Assembly (NCBI GenBank): GCA_963748615.1
Contig: CAVVJQ010000003.1
Location: 304,599-368,598 of the forward strand
Direction: 5' to 3'
DNA: 64,000 bases
Source of the DNA: an uncultured Thermoplasmata archaeon
GTDB lineage: Archaea > Thermoplasmatota > Thermoplasmata > UBA10834
Made by a program: the position numbers and the translations under genes. Shown piece after piece: positions 1 to 10,386 of this stretch (its first letter is position 1; the number at the start of each line of letters is the position of its first letter). Under the pieces are notes generated by a model. That model ran no database searches, was not told the DNA's origin, and saw only the letters and a program-made list of their open reading frames with translations.

Positions 1-2
1 CC

Positions 3-74
3 CGTCTGGTTGAAGCCGAAACGCCCGAGAACGCAGTCGCGCTCGCGATGAGCGCGATCTCTCCGAAAGAGTAA
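3..74 (+). CDS. 3' end of a gene entering from the left edge (possibly LOG/TIGR00725-like)
   Basis: Frame 3 reads RLVEAETPENAVALAMSAISPKE-stop; the A-x-TP-E-x-AV ending resembles LOG-family C-termini; only 23 codons visible. Confidence 0.35.
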   Translation, partial: RLVEAETPENAVALAMSAISPKE

Positions 75-121
75 TGTAAATCGCGTAAGCTTATTATCAT
101 CACCGAGGAGGTGAATTCTGC

Positions 122-1009
122 GTGCCAACATCGATAGTATCCGTGGTCCATAATCCAGACAGGAGCATCGCCCTCAAGAAGGCCGTGGAAACCATGGGCA
201 TGCCCGACATCAATGGCAAGCGCGTCCTCATAAAACCAAACTTCAACACGGCTGATCCAACGCCTGGGTCCACCCACAACGACACGCTCAGATCGATGGT
301 AGAGCTGATAATGAAGCGCAACCCAGCAGGATTGGATGTGGGTGATAGGAGCGGACCCGCAGATACCACGAAGGTGTTCCAGGATAAAGGCGTCTTCGAC
401 CTCGCAGAGAAGATGGGGTTCGGTTGTGTCATCTTCGATAAAATGCCGAAGGACAGATGGATGAAGATTAAACCACCAGGTAGCCATTGGAGGAACGGAT
501 TCCTCTTTGCCAGACCCGTTCTGGAAGCAGATGCGGTGATTGGCCTATGTTGCCTTAAGACCCATCAGTATGGTGGCCACTTCACGATGGCACTCAAGCT
601 CACCACGGGCATGGTGCACGGAAGCAACATGACCGAGCTTCACACCGCCCTGATCAACCAGAGGAATATGATAGCCGAGATGAACGTGGCGTACAAGCCT
701 GCACTGCTGGTCATGGATGGCATCGAGGCATTCTATGAGGGTGGACCGGTCACGGGCAAGAGATGGTCAGCCAATCTCACATTCGCATCAACGGACAGGA
801 TAGCGATGGATGCGGTCGGTGTGGCGGCCCTGAAAATGCACGGCACCACGAGGAAGATAGAGAGCAGGTCGGTCTTCGAGCAGGACCAAATCAAGAGGGC
901 GGTCGAACTCGGCCTCGGAGTGACGAACCCGGACGACATAGAACTCGCACCTGCCGACGAGGAATCGGAAGAGATGGTCGAGAAGATACAGCCGTTCCTT
1001 TTCAGATGA
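122..1009 (+). CDS. DUF362 domain-containing protein
   Basis: VLIKPN, CLKTH and DRIAMDAV motifs typical of DUF362; GTG start after GGAGGTG. Confidence 0.85.
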   Translation: MPTSIVSVVHNPDRSIALKKAVETMGMPDINGKRVLIKPNFNTADPTPGSTHNDTLRSMVELIMKRNPAGLDVGDRSGPADTTKVFQDKGVFDLAEKMGFGCVIFDKMPKDRWMKIKPPGSHWRNGFLFARPVLEADAVIGLCCLKTHQYGGHFTMALKLTTGMVHGSNMTELHTALINQRNMIAEMNVAYKPALLVMDGIEAFYEGGPVTGKRWSANLTFASTDRIAMDAVGVAALKMHGTTRKIESRSVFEQDQIKRAVELGLGVTNPDDIELAPADEESEEMVEKIQPFLFR

Positions 1010-1026
1010 TCGTAATCGGATATGGC

Positions 1027-1302
1027 TCATGGAGCGGGTCGTGTCTCTGCATCGAAACGGCGCTTCATCACGACTATGGTCGCTGTGAGAGCACAACCCG
1101 TTATGTTCGCAATGATTATCGCAATGTCGTTCATGTGTATGCCATATAGCAACCACAGGAACATTCCCATGCCGAGTATCGCAGGCATCAGAAAGGAGAC
1201 ATCATCCATCTTCCTGGAACGCCAACCTTTGACAATCTGCGGAACATAACCCGATGAGGTCATGGCACCAGCGAGAATACCGAGAACCGTCCAAGCTTCC
1301 AT
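1027..1302 (-). CDS. SemiSWEET / PQ-loop family small transporter
   Basis: Three hydrophobic helices with YVPQIVK..RSRKMDDVS and LWLLYG; start set at MEAWTV. Confidence 0.85.
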   Translation of the reverse strand: MEAWTVLGILAGAMTSSGYVPQIVKGWRSRKMDDVSFLMPAILGMGMFLWLLYGIHMNDIAIIIANITGCALTATIVVMKRRFDAETRPAP

Positions 1303-1415
1303 GATACCAGTGAAGGGCATAAGCGGTAATTCCTATTTTTCATGGAATAGACCAAACGGTCGTCCATCATCAACTGTAAGTATAGGTACCCCATAATCGA
1401 CGTGAAAGAAGGTGT

Positions 1416-2138
1416 ATGACAATGCCCGCGGTAGAAGTGAAGAACCTGGATAAGAACTATGGTTCATTCAGAGGAGTCAAAGGCATCTCATTCGAAGTGG
1501 AAGACAGGGAGGTCTTCGGACTCATCGGTCCCAACGGGGCTGGGAAGACGACCACGCTGAGAGTGATCGCCACGCTCCTGGAGATATCCGGAGGCTCCGT
1601 GAACGTATTCGGGCACGACCTGGCAAAGGAACCCCACGAGGTGCGCAAGATACTGAGTTACTTGCCGGAGGATGCGGGCGCCTACAAGAACCTCACGGGC
1701 AGAGACTACCTCAGGTTCATCGCCAATTTCTTCGGGAGCGGTCAGACGGCCAAGGATATCGTCTCTAGAGGGATCGAGATAGCCAACCTCGGGGATCGCA
1801 TCGACGACAAGGTGAACACCTACAGCAAGGGCATGACCAGGAGATTGCTCGTGGGAAGGGCACTCATGACGAATCCGAGACTTGCGATACTGGATGAACT
1901 CACATCAGGTCTGGATGTCGTCAATGCGCAGGAGATAAGGAAGATAGTCAAGGACATTGCCAGGAAGGGTACCACCGTACTGCTGTCGTCCCACAACATG
2001 CTCGAGGTCGAGTACATGTGCGACAGGATCGCCTTAATCAACGATGGCGTCATAGTCGAGATGGGCACTCCTGCAGATCTGAAGAAGAAGTATGATGCAT
2101 CCAACATCGAGGACGTCTTCATGAGTGTGGTAGCATGA
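1416..2138 (+). CDS. ABC transporter ATP-binding protein (ABC-2/NatA-like)
   Basis: Walker A GPNGAGKTT, signature YSKGM, Walker B ILDE, H-loop SSH. Confidence 0.95.
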   Translation: MTMPAVEVKNLDKNYGSFRGVKGISFEVEDREVFGLIGPNGAGKTTTLRVIATLLEISGGSVNVFGHDLAKEPHEVRKILSYLPEDAGAYKNLTGRDYLRFIANFFGSGQTAKDIVSRGIEIANLGDRIDDKVNTYSKGMTRRLLVGRALMTNPRLAILDELTSGLDVVNAQEIRKIVKDIARKGTTVLLSSHNMLEVEYMCDRIALINDGVIVEMGTPADLKKKYDASNIEDVFMSVVA

Positions 2139-3412
2139 AGGCTCTGACAAACATAATCAGGAAAGAGATCAAGGAGATGCTAACGAAATCCACGATCCTC
2201 CCGATCATAATACTGGCGATGTTATTCGGCTATCTCGGAAACATGATGAGCGGGGTCCAGGATGAGGCGACCTCAGAGCCGGTCATTGCCGTTGTGGATC
2301 TGGACGATGGCGTGCTCTCGGACATCACTCTGACCGTGCTGTCCAAAGGAGCTGGCATAGTCTACAACGGGACGGATATCGATGAAGGTTTGGCGATAGC
2401 CAAGGAAGAAGGCGCCACCGCACTCCTGGTCATACCGTCTAATTTCACTGAGAATATATCCAACGGGACCGTTGGAACGATCGAGATATTCTGGATAATG
2501 AAAGGTGCGGGACTTCTGGATTCCATATCTTCGATCTCGGTGCAGAACCTGATCTACAGTGTCGAATCAGGCATATCGGCATATATGATCGAGACAGGGT
2601 CATCCAGCGATCCCTCATTGGTCCTCAATCCAACTACCACGACGGACACTACATTATTCAGGGACAAGGAGATGGACGGTATCTCACCCAGCACTCTCGA
2701 TGCAATCATCTCGTCTCAATCACTGACCGTCCCGTTGATCATCATGATGATCATCATGATGGCTGGAGGGACAGTAATCAGCTCCATGGGTATGGAGAAA
2801 GAGAGCAAGACGCTCGAGACGCTCCTGACACTTCCAGTCAAGCGCAGTTCCATAGTCACAGGGAAACTGGTGGCCAGCGCGATGATCGGGCTCCTGATGG
2901 CCGGAATATACATGCTTGGATTCAATTACTACATGACATCGTTCTCCGCAGGTGTTGATATCGATCTCGCGGAATACGGGCTCGCCCTGAACGCTCTGGA
3001 TTATGTCCTGATATGCGTGTCGCTCTTCGTGAGTCTATTGGCGGCGCTGTCACTATGCATGGTGCTAGGTACTTTCACGCGGGATTACAAATCCGCGCAA
3101 ACTCTGACCGCCCCCGTGGCCATACTCGCGATGATCCCGATGTTCATCACGATGTTCAAGGACTACAACACATTGCCCTTGGCCGCTCAAGCCCTCCTGT
3201 TCGCGATACCATTCTCCCATCCGATGATGGCTATGAGAAGCTTGATGTTCGACGACTATGTCCTGGTGATATCCGGCATCATCTACGTCACGATATTCGC
3301 AGTGGTGATGATAGCGACCGCGGTCTGGATCTTCAGGACGGATAGATTGTTGACGGGCAGCAGGAAGAGGAACTCTCGCATGTTTCCAGTCATGCGACTA
3401 CTGAAGAGATGA
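2135..3412 (+). CDS. ABC-2 type permease (NatB-like)
   Basis: N-terminal TM, large extracellular loop, EKESKTLETLLTLPV motif, several C-terminal TMs; ATGA overlap with the ATPase. Confidence 0.9.
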   Translation: MKALTNIIRKEIKEMLTKSTILPIIILAMLFGYLGNMMSGVQDEATSEPVIAVVDLDDGVLSDITLTVLSKGAGIVYNGTDIDEGLAIAKEEGATALLVIPSNFTENISNGTVGTIEIFWIMKGAGLLDSISSISVQNLIYSVESGISAYMIETGSSSDPSLVLNPTTTTDTTLFRDKEMDGISPSTLDAIISSQSLTVPLIIMMIIMMAGGTVISSMGMEKESKTLETLLTLPVKRSSIVTGKLVASAMIGLLMAGIYMLGFNYYMTSFSAGVDIDLAEYGLALNALDYVLICVSLFVSLLAALSLCMVLGTFTRDYKSAQTLTAPVAILAMIPMFITMFKDYNTLPLAAQALLFAIPFSHPMMAMRSLMFDDYVLVISGIIYVTIFAVVMIATAVWIFRTDRLLTGSRKRNSRMFPVMRLLKR

Positions 3413-3467
3413 CCCCATCACCAGATTGAAAAGCTTTATCAGATGACTACGTCATCAAGACGGAGTC

Positions 3468-4721
3468 ATGCTATCTGAGATCTGGGCCGAGATATCCAAT
3501 GACCTGTGGTTCCAGGTCGCCATGCTGCTAGCGATTGCGATTGCGTCCAGCATGATATTCGTCAGAGTAGGGCTTCCGAAGACTGTGGGACAGATAGCAA
3601 TCGGCATCATAATCGGCCCCAGCGTACTCAACCTCATCACCATCTCGGTGAACGGGACGGACGGAGCAGGCAATACAGACATAATCACCCTATTGGCCAC
3701 CTTTGGCGCAACCGTCATGCTGTTCGTCATAGGATTGGAATGCGACTTCGGTGAGATCTACACGAAGAAGAACATATCCATCGCGATCGGCGGCATAACC
3801 CTCCCGTGGATAGGAGGGTTCGTGCTCGCATCCACACTCCTCCCAGGAGCGAACTTCGCGCAGTCCATCTTCGTCGGAACCGCCCTCGTCGCTACGAGCG
3901 TCGCAATCACCGGAGGCGTCCTGAGGGAGATGGGCATCATATCATCGAAGATGGCAAAGACCATACTCGGCGCGGCGGTCGTTGACGACGTGCTGGGGAT
4001 GATTGTACTCGCCATCTCCATCGGGGTCGGGACCGGTAGCGGTATCGATGTCTCAGATGTAGCGTTGATATCCATAGCAGCGATATTGTTCGTTGTTGGT
4101 GGCACTTTCGTTGGTTCTAGGATAATAGTGAAGATAATCGGCATGACTGAACGGCAGGGGCTCAAGCACGGCATACCCGAGAGCGGGTTCATTCTAGCGC
4201 TCTCATTCGCGTTCATTTACGCCTTCGTCTCCAACCAGATAGGCATCTCGGCTATCGTTGGAGCGTTTGTCGCGGGCACGAGTTTTTCGAGATGCGAGTA
4301 CAGGAAACAATTCAGGGAAGGAATCGTCTTCTTGGAATGGGCATTCGCACCGATCTTCTTCATATCGCTCGGGGTGCTCGTCGACATCAGGCTGCCTCTG
4401 GACATCTGGATTTTTGCGATCGCCCTAGCGGGAGTCGCGATCCTCACAAAAGTCGCGGGAAGTGCGATCCCCGCAAGGATATTCGGAATGACAAAGACCG
4501 AATCAGTGGCAATAGGTCTTGGCATGGCAGCCAGACTGGAAGTTGCCATGATCATTGCGCTCTATGGCTTGAATGAGGGCATCATAGACAATACGATCTA
4601 CTCGGTCATCGTGCTCATGGGAGTCATAAGCGTGCTCATCGCGCCAACCTTGCTGAGAAGAATCATGAAGAAGCTCCCAGTAACCAATGCCTCAAATGTA
4701 GTGGAGACCTGCGACATCTAG
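3468..4721 (+). CDS. Cation:proton antiporter (CPA2, NapA/Kef-type)
   Basis: LFVIGLE, ATSVAIT and AAVVDDV motifs; highly hydrophobic. Confidence 0.92.
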   Translation: MLSEIWAEISNDLWFQVAMLLAIAIASSMIFVRVGLPKTVGQIAIGIIIGPSVLNLITISVNGTDGAGNTDIITLLATFGATVMLFVIGLECDFGEIYTKKNISIAIGGITLPWIGGFVLASTLLPGANFAQSIFVGTALVATSVAITGGVLREMGIISSKMAKTILGAAVVDDVLGMIVLAISIGVGTGSGIDVSDVALISIAAILFVVGGTFVGSRIIVKIIGMTERQGLKHGIPESGFILALSFAFIYAFVSNQIGISAIVGAFVAGTSFSRCEYRKQFREGIVFLEWAFAPIFFISLGVLVDIRLPLDIWIFAIALAGVAILTKVAGSAIPARIFGMTKTESVAIGLGMAARLEVAMIIALYGLNEGIIDNTIYSVIVLMGVISVLIAPTLLRRIMKKLPVTNASNVVETCDI

Positions 4722-5046
4722 ACCCAGATATCGATCTCAGAGCTAGACTTGAGAGATGAAATGCTTCGCAATTCTAGCGTGGCACCATATCGCTCATCGG
4801 GGCATATGGAGTGCACCATAGAAATTCCATGCACGCATCGATGGAATTCATGAGGAAATCAGACAGTCATCGCTTGACCCGCCTTCGCCTGCTGTTGATG
4901 GATACATAAGCGCATTTGTTTTGGTAGCAAAAGAGATGAGAATAGGCTATTGCTTTTCACATTGGGTTTATATAGCATATTTCCTTTTCGAACGTAATGC
5001 ACCTAGTACTGACTCGGTGCCAACCGTGAGGGGGAATTGGACAATT

Positions 5047-7686
5047 ATGAGAGCTAGATATAGTGTGAAGAGAGCAGCAGCTATTCTGACATTCTTATTC
5101 GCGTTCGTACTCGTCGGGACCTCGCTCGGAGCGCTCAGCCTATTCGAGAACGCGTCTGCGGAAGACCTGCTGGGAATTGATGTTGACCGAACTTTCACTG
5201 TCGGCGTGGTGGACATGTCGATCTCCACGCTGAATCCGAACACATATGTGACTAGCAGCGAGGAAATGGTCATCGTCTCATGCTACAGCTCGTTGCTGCA
5301 ATACGATGAGGGCGGCAATGTGATAGGAGACCTTGCGAGGACTTGGACAACGGACCAGGACGGCCTCGTATGGCACTTCGACCTTGTGGATACGGCGTAC
5401 TTCTGCGACCCAATGGAACCGATTTCAAAAAACCACCAAGTCACTGCTGAAGATGTCATCTTCACATATGATAGCATCCAAGATGATGCCACCAGTCGAT
5501 TGCATTACGCTCTTCCGGACATCATTTCGGACATCTATTCTGAAGGGCAGTTCAGCGTGACAATTGAGCTCAGTCATCCATTCGCGGCGTTCCAGGATTC
5601 GCTCATCAATATCCCTATACTTCCCAAGTATGTCTGGGAAGGCGAGGACCTGACGAATTTTGACAACCTGCCGATGATTGGATCCGGGCCGTTCTACTAC
5701 GCAACTACGGGACTCCCTGACTCAGGCATCGTCGAGCTCAGAAAGAATCCCATCTGGCACATGACCGAAGAGCATGGATGGTCCATCAGGGTCGACAGAT
5801 GGCTCATCATAAACGAATTGGATACTAGCACGGCTTGGCTAGATGTATCACATGGCAACATAGATTGCATGTTGGATGTCCCAGGCAATGTATTCACATC
5901 CACACTTCCGATGCCGGAAGTCATAGGATTTCACCAGTCTGGAGGGTTTGTGTATGAGTTCAACCTCAACCAGATGACTGATGACATTAGAGAAGGTCTC
6001 GGAGGTCCCTTCAACGCAGGGACTAGTAACCAGCTGCTGCTTGACAGCACGGTCAAGATGGCTATTGCGATGAGTGTCGACAAGGACGCTTTTGTTCAAG
6101 AAGTGATAGATGGTTTGGGAGAGCCGGCGGATTCACTTATTCCTCATGCCAACCCATGGCACTTTGATTATCCAGACCCGATTCAATTCGACCCACTAGC
6201 AGCCAGGGAGATGCTGATGGACGCTGGATGGCGCTATGATATCACCGGAAACCAAGCATCCGAGAACACGGTTCCGTTATGCAAAGCTGGCGGGACGGAT
6301 CCCCTCTCGTTCAGGTTCTATACACTAAACACGGCCGTGCAATGGCAGATAGGTGCAGAGCTAATATTGAACTGGTGCCGCGAGACTGGGGTAGATCTCG
6401 ATCTGACATTCCTGAGCATTAACGAGATGAACACCGTGTGGAATTCCGCAGACTACGATCTTTGGTTGTGGGATTGGGTGTTCGATCCGCTCGGAGACCC
6501 ATCGATGAGCATACTCGAAGTGCTCACGACGGAAGCAATCGGTACCGACAGCGACGTGTTCTACTCCGACTCGACCTATGACGCACTTTACGAAGAGTCT
6601 CTCGTGACAATGGATCCTGTTCTCCGTGCACAGATAATCGATGAGATGCAGACAATGGCCTATGAAGACATGGGTTGCCAATGCATCGCCTACAGAGAAG
6701 ACCTGTACGCGTTCAACACTCAGCATTGGGAGAACTTCGGTGATCTGGACTCGAAGTATATGATGCGGCCTGATGTTTCCAACCTTTGGATATCCTTGAG
6801 CATGAGCCCTGTGGAAAACGCGGCACCCCATATCTATGTGCATTCGGATAACGTCGTCGCAGAGGTTGGCGAGGAAGTGGCCCTCTTCGTAGCCGCGACG
6901 GACGATGACGCTTCGACAGTGCTCGAATACAGATGGTTCTGGGGCGATGGCACTTCCAGCGATTGGAGCTATTCACCCACTGCCTCGCACACATATCTGA
7001 AGAACGGGGTGTATACCGCTGACATCGCAGTGAGAGAGGCATCCTCATCTAATGGGTATGACGACCACTTCGTCACGACCGCTGACCTGACTTTGGCCAT
7101 ATACGATTTCTCCAACGAAGCGCCTGTCATTCTCAGCATAATGTACAGCCCATTGGACCCGGATACATCCAATAGCGTCATGTTCTCTGCAGATGTCTAC
7201 GATTCAGAAGGAGATCCGTTGGAGTACTCGTGGAACTTCGGAGATGGCACTGGGGCGAAGGGACTGAGCGTGACACATGTGTTCCAGGAAGCTTCTGCAT
7301 ATCTTGTGACGCTGTCGGTGACCGACAATATGCTCGGAATCGGAACGAGACCTGCAACATGCTCGGTCCTCGTTATGATCGACTCGAACTTGCCTCCATC
7401 GTTATCGGTGCCTGATTTCGATCCGATAGCGCCCAAGACAGAGACGGAGTTCCATGTGTACGCGAGCGACCCAGATGGGGACCAGCTTATGTTCGTGTGG
7501 GACTGGGGAGATGGCACTTCGACTGAGACATATGAACCGTTTGCGACCCATTCGTACAACCGCGGCGGAACCTATGTCATCAATGTGATGGTCACGGATC
7601 TCACAGGCCTGTCAGGGCATGAGGTACGAGATACCGGAACGGTCTATGTGTACAGCGGCCAATCGAAACACGGCGGCACAAAGTGA
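5047..7686 (+). CDS. Family 5 (peptide) ABC solute-binding protein with 3 C-terminal PKD domains
   Basis: Signal peptide after MRARYS; GDLA.TW, VTAEDVIFT and IGSGPF motifs; three W-x-[WF]-GDG PKD repeats; collinear with 29938..35292. Confidence 0.85.
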   Translation: MRARYSVKRAAAILTFLFAFVLVGTSLGALSLFENASAEDLLGIDVDRTFTVGVVDMSISTLNPNTYVTSSEEMVIVSCYSSLLQYDEGGNVIGDLARTWTTDQDGLVWHFDLVDTAYFCDPMEPISKNHQVTAEDVIFTYDSIQDDATSRLHYALPDIISDIYSEGQFSVTIELSHPFAAFQDSLINIPILPKYVWEGEDLTNFDNLPMIGSGPFYYATTGLPDSGIVELRKNPIWHMTEEHGWSIRVDRWLIINELDTSTAWLDVSHGNIDCMLDVPGNVFTSTLPMPEVIGFHQSGGFVYEFNLNQMTDDIREGLGGPFNAGTSNQLLLDSTVKMAIAMSVDKDAFVQEVIDGLGEPADSLIPHANPWHFDYPDPIQFDPLAAREMLMDAGWRYDITGNQASENTVPLCKAGGTDPLSFRFYTLNTAVQWQIGAELILNWCRETGVDLDLTFLSINEMNTVWNSADYDLWLWDWVFDPLGDPSMSILEVLTTEAIGTDSDVFYSDSTYDALYEESLVTMDPVLRAQIIDEMQTMAYEDMGCQCIAYREDLYAFNTQHWENFGDLDSKYMMRPDVSNLWISLSMSPVENAAPHIYVHSDNVVAEVGEEVALFVAATDDDASTVLEYRWFWGDGTSSDWSYSPTASHTYLKNGVYTADIAVREASSSNGYDDHFVTTADLTLAIYDFSNEAPVILSIMYSPLDPDTSNSVMFSADVYDSEGDPLEYSWNFGDGTGAKGLSVTHVFQEASAYLVTLSVTDNMLGIGTRPATCSVLVMIDSNLPPSLSVPDFDPIAPKTETEFHVYASDPDGDQLMFVWDWGDGTSTETYEPFATHSYNRGGTYVINVMVTDLTGLSGHEVRDTGTVYVYSGQSKHGGTK

Positions 7687-7747
7687 CGAGGAGCCAGCAC
7701 CGAGACGCAAGAACCGTGTCCTCCGAAAAGACGTCTCATTAAGGGGC

Positions 7748-7796
7748 TGAGAAATGAGGGGGCCATAGCCCCCAACAAACCTCTTTTTCTCATTTT
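7748..7796 (+). terminator. Putative terminator: GGGGGC-CATA-GCCCCC hairpin followed by a pyrimidine/T tract
   Basis: 6-bp hairpin at 7758-7773 then AAACCTCTTTTTCTCATTTT, about 70 nt after the stop codon. Confidence 0.55.
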
Positions 7797-7952
7797 AACA
7801 TAAGACGAAAAGGGCGATGACCGCCAACCATCTGAACGCTCTCCTCGGAGTCATGACTGTCTTCGAAAATCCAAACGCATCATGTACAATGGAATGTGGG
7901 TAATGGGAATCGGGTACCACTTGGCAATCTCAGACGGTTGTGTCCTTGATCA

Positions 7953-8486
7953 TCATTTCGTGACATATCCTAATGGAAGAATCTTTGGCCCACTCCATTC
8001 ATCACGAAGGATGCTGTACATCGCGGTGTCCCTATAAGCACCTCTACTGAAGAATGATTTGCGTATCAGTCCCTCCATAGTGAATCCTGCCTTCTCTAGG
8101 ACCCTCTGAGACGCCTTATTGTCCGGATGCGTCTCGGCCTGGACACGCACTACAGCCTTGTGAAGGAACAGGTAGTCCACTATCATCTGCACGACTTCGC
8201 TACCGTATCCCTTGCCGCGCTCGTCCTTGATCAGCATGTAGCCTATTCCAAGACAGTCCTTCGATTTGAAGTGGCCGACGTATCCGATCTTGGTCCCATC
8301 CTTCTTCTCGACCAAATACCACTGTCCATCACCCCTGCCATCGTGTTGCTTTTCGAGATCTTCCAGAGATACCTGATCGAACGGCTCGAACTCACCAACG
8401 AAATCCACATCGTTCATCCATTGCTTAATCAGCGAGAGATCGCTCTTCTCGACAAGTTCCAGGTTGATCTTGTGACCTTTCAGCAT
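7953..8486 (-). CDS. GNAT N-acetyltransferase, RimJ/RimL family
   Basis: RGKGYGSE acetyl-CoA motif, N.ASQRVLEKAGF.MEG..R, YSILRDEW; start set at MLKGHKINL. Confidence 0.9.
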   Translation of the reverse strand: MLKGHKINLELVEKSDLSLIKQWMNDVDFVGEFEPFDQVSLEDLEKQHDGRGDGQWYLVEKKDGTKIGYVGHFKSKDCLGIGYMLIKDERGKGYGSEVVQMIVDYLFLHKAVVRVQAETHPDNKASQRVLEKAGFTMEGLIRKSFFSRGAYRDTAMYSILRDEWSGPKILPLGYVTK

Positions 8487-8638
8487 ATGAGCCCATGGCT
8501 CAATCACAATCCGGCCAGATGAACCTTTCCACCACCATGCGTTACTAGAAGTTCTCCGAGCATTCGAGAAGTCGGAAAAAGGTCCGAGTTTCAATCCCCT
8601 CGATTGACCAAAAAGACGACTATACTAGCGATGTGTTG

Positions 8639-8784
8639 GAGTGGACCGAAGGGGATTTGAACCCACATTTTCGACTGGCTCGGCTGAAAACGGTACATAG
8701 TCCTTCCAGAATGGCATCTCGGGAGGGAGCGGAAAACTTGGTGGCGACCCATGGATTACATGTCAGCCGAATAGTTTAAATGCC
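8639..8784. repeat. att-like repeat copy 1: 26-nt exact copy of the tRNA-Ala 3' end plus conserved arm and promoter-like block
   Basis: 8639-8664 is identical to 12104-12129; the following sequence aligns ungapped with 10413 onward (offset 1748). Confidence 0.9.
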
Positions 8785-8862
8785 ATCCTTCAATCGAACA
8801 GCCAGCAGCACCATCCGAGAGAGCGGCTCAACTCCGCACGAAGGGGTCTGCACGGTGATATC

Positions 8863-10215
8863 TTGAAGAAGACAGATGTTCTAGTTGTTGGAGGCGGGCC
8901 CGCTGGCAGCCTCGCGGCGATGACAGGAAAGGCAAGCTTCCCTGACAAGGAATTCATTATCATGAGCAACGAGACCCATTCCATGGTCCCGTGCGGAATA
9001 CCGTACATATTCGGTACCTTGAACGGGGTGGAGAAGAATCTTCTTCCCAGCGGGAGGTTCGCTAATGCAGGAATCGGACTCATCACGGGAGAGCTCACCT
9101 CGATTGACAAGGAAGCGCGCATCTGTGAGATGGCAGACGGGACCAAGATAGGTTACGATCGCCTTGTTCTCGCGCTTGGCTCATTCCCAGTCGTCCCGAA
9201 GTGGCTCAAACAGACGGACCTGAAGAACGTGCACGTGGTCAAGAAAGAGAAAGAACACTTAGATATGCTCTTCGAATCCCTGCAGGAACTGAAGAAGATC
9301 GTAATCGTTGGTGGAGGTTTCATTGGCGTGGAACTCGCCGACGAGCTTAACAAAGCAGGCAAGGATGTGACCGTCGTCGAGATACTCCCACACATACTGG
9401 GTCTGGCGTTTGACCAGGACATTGCGACGGAGATTGAGAAGATTATCACACAGAGAGGGGTCAAGCTCAGAACAAGCATGGGGACCAAACAGATTCTCGG
9501 CACGGATAAGGTAGAGGGTGTGCTGCTTGAGAATGATGAGAGGTTGGAAGCTGACGCCGTAATACTTGCAGTAGGATACAAACCGAATACAGCGGTTGCG
9601 GAACTCTCGAAGATATCACTCAACGAGATGGGGTTCATACGTGTGGATGAGTACATGCGCACCGAGGATTCCAACATCTATGCCGTTGGCGACTGCGCAG
9701 AGAAGCGAGACTTCTCGACCAGGAAAGTATCCGGTCTCATGCTAGCATCGACAGCGTCTACCGAGGCAAGGATAGCGGGCATGAACCTCTATGGACTCTC
9801 CGTCGTGAAGGCATTCAAGGGCACTATCGCGATATTCTCAACGGCCATTGGGGATCACGGATTCGGTTCGGCAGGTCTCACCGAGACCGTAGCCAAGCGA
9901 GAGGGATTTGAAATCGTCACGGGTGTATTCGATGGCGTCGACAAACATCCGAGCACACTTCCTGGAGTGCACAGGCAGCTGGTCAAACTGGTCGTTGCGA
10001 GGGACTCCGGCGCAATACTGGGCGGCGAAGTCCTATCCGGGACGAGCGCAGGGGAGATAGTCAACCTGATCGGTTTCATGATCCAGAACAGAATGACCGT
10101 CGACGCAGTCCTGAGCTCCCAGATAGGAACACATCCACTGCTTACGGCTCCACCCACTGCGTACCCTCTGATCAAGGCGGCCGAAAACGCTGCTAGGAAG
10201 ATACGCGGTCCTTGA
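8863..10215 (+). CDS. NADH oxidase / CoA-disulfide reductase family flavoprotein
   Basis: GGGPAG FAD motif, redox Cys in PCGIPY, GGGFIGVE NAD motif, YAVGDC; TTG start after GGTGA. Confidence 0.9.
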   Translation: MKKTDVLVVGGGPAGSLAAMTGKASFPDKEFIIMSNETHSMVPCGIPYIFGTLNGVEKNLLPSGRFANAGIGLITGELTSIDKEARICEMADGTKIGYDRLVLALGSFPVVPKWLKQTDLKNVHVVKKEKEHLDMLFESLQELKKIVIVGGGFIGVELADELNKAGKDVTVVEILPHILGLAFDQDIATEIEKIITQRGVKLRTSMGTKQILGTDKVEGVLLENDERLEADAVILAVGYKPNTAVAELSKISLNEMGFIRVDEYMRTEDSNIYAVGDCAEKRDFSTRKVSGLMLASTASTEARIAGMNLYGLSVVKAFKGTIAIFSTAIGDHGFGSAGLTETVAKREGFEIVTGVFDGVDKHPSTLPGVHRQLVKLVVARDSGAILGGEVLSGTSAGEIVNLIGFMIQNRMTVDAVLSSQIGTHPLLTAPPTAYPLIKAAENAARKIRGP

Positions 10216-10386
10216 AGCGTTGCAGTTCACGAGATGCGACAAGATCATAGTCCGTTAGCATGCCAGTGCTGAGACTCGTGAGAAGTGATCTATACGATCC
10301 TATTTGGGTTCGCAGAGTACCGACAATCACTTACTCAATTCATCCAATCTAGTGCAGGTCCCCTAACAGCAGGGTTCCTCATCGAA

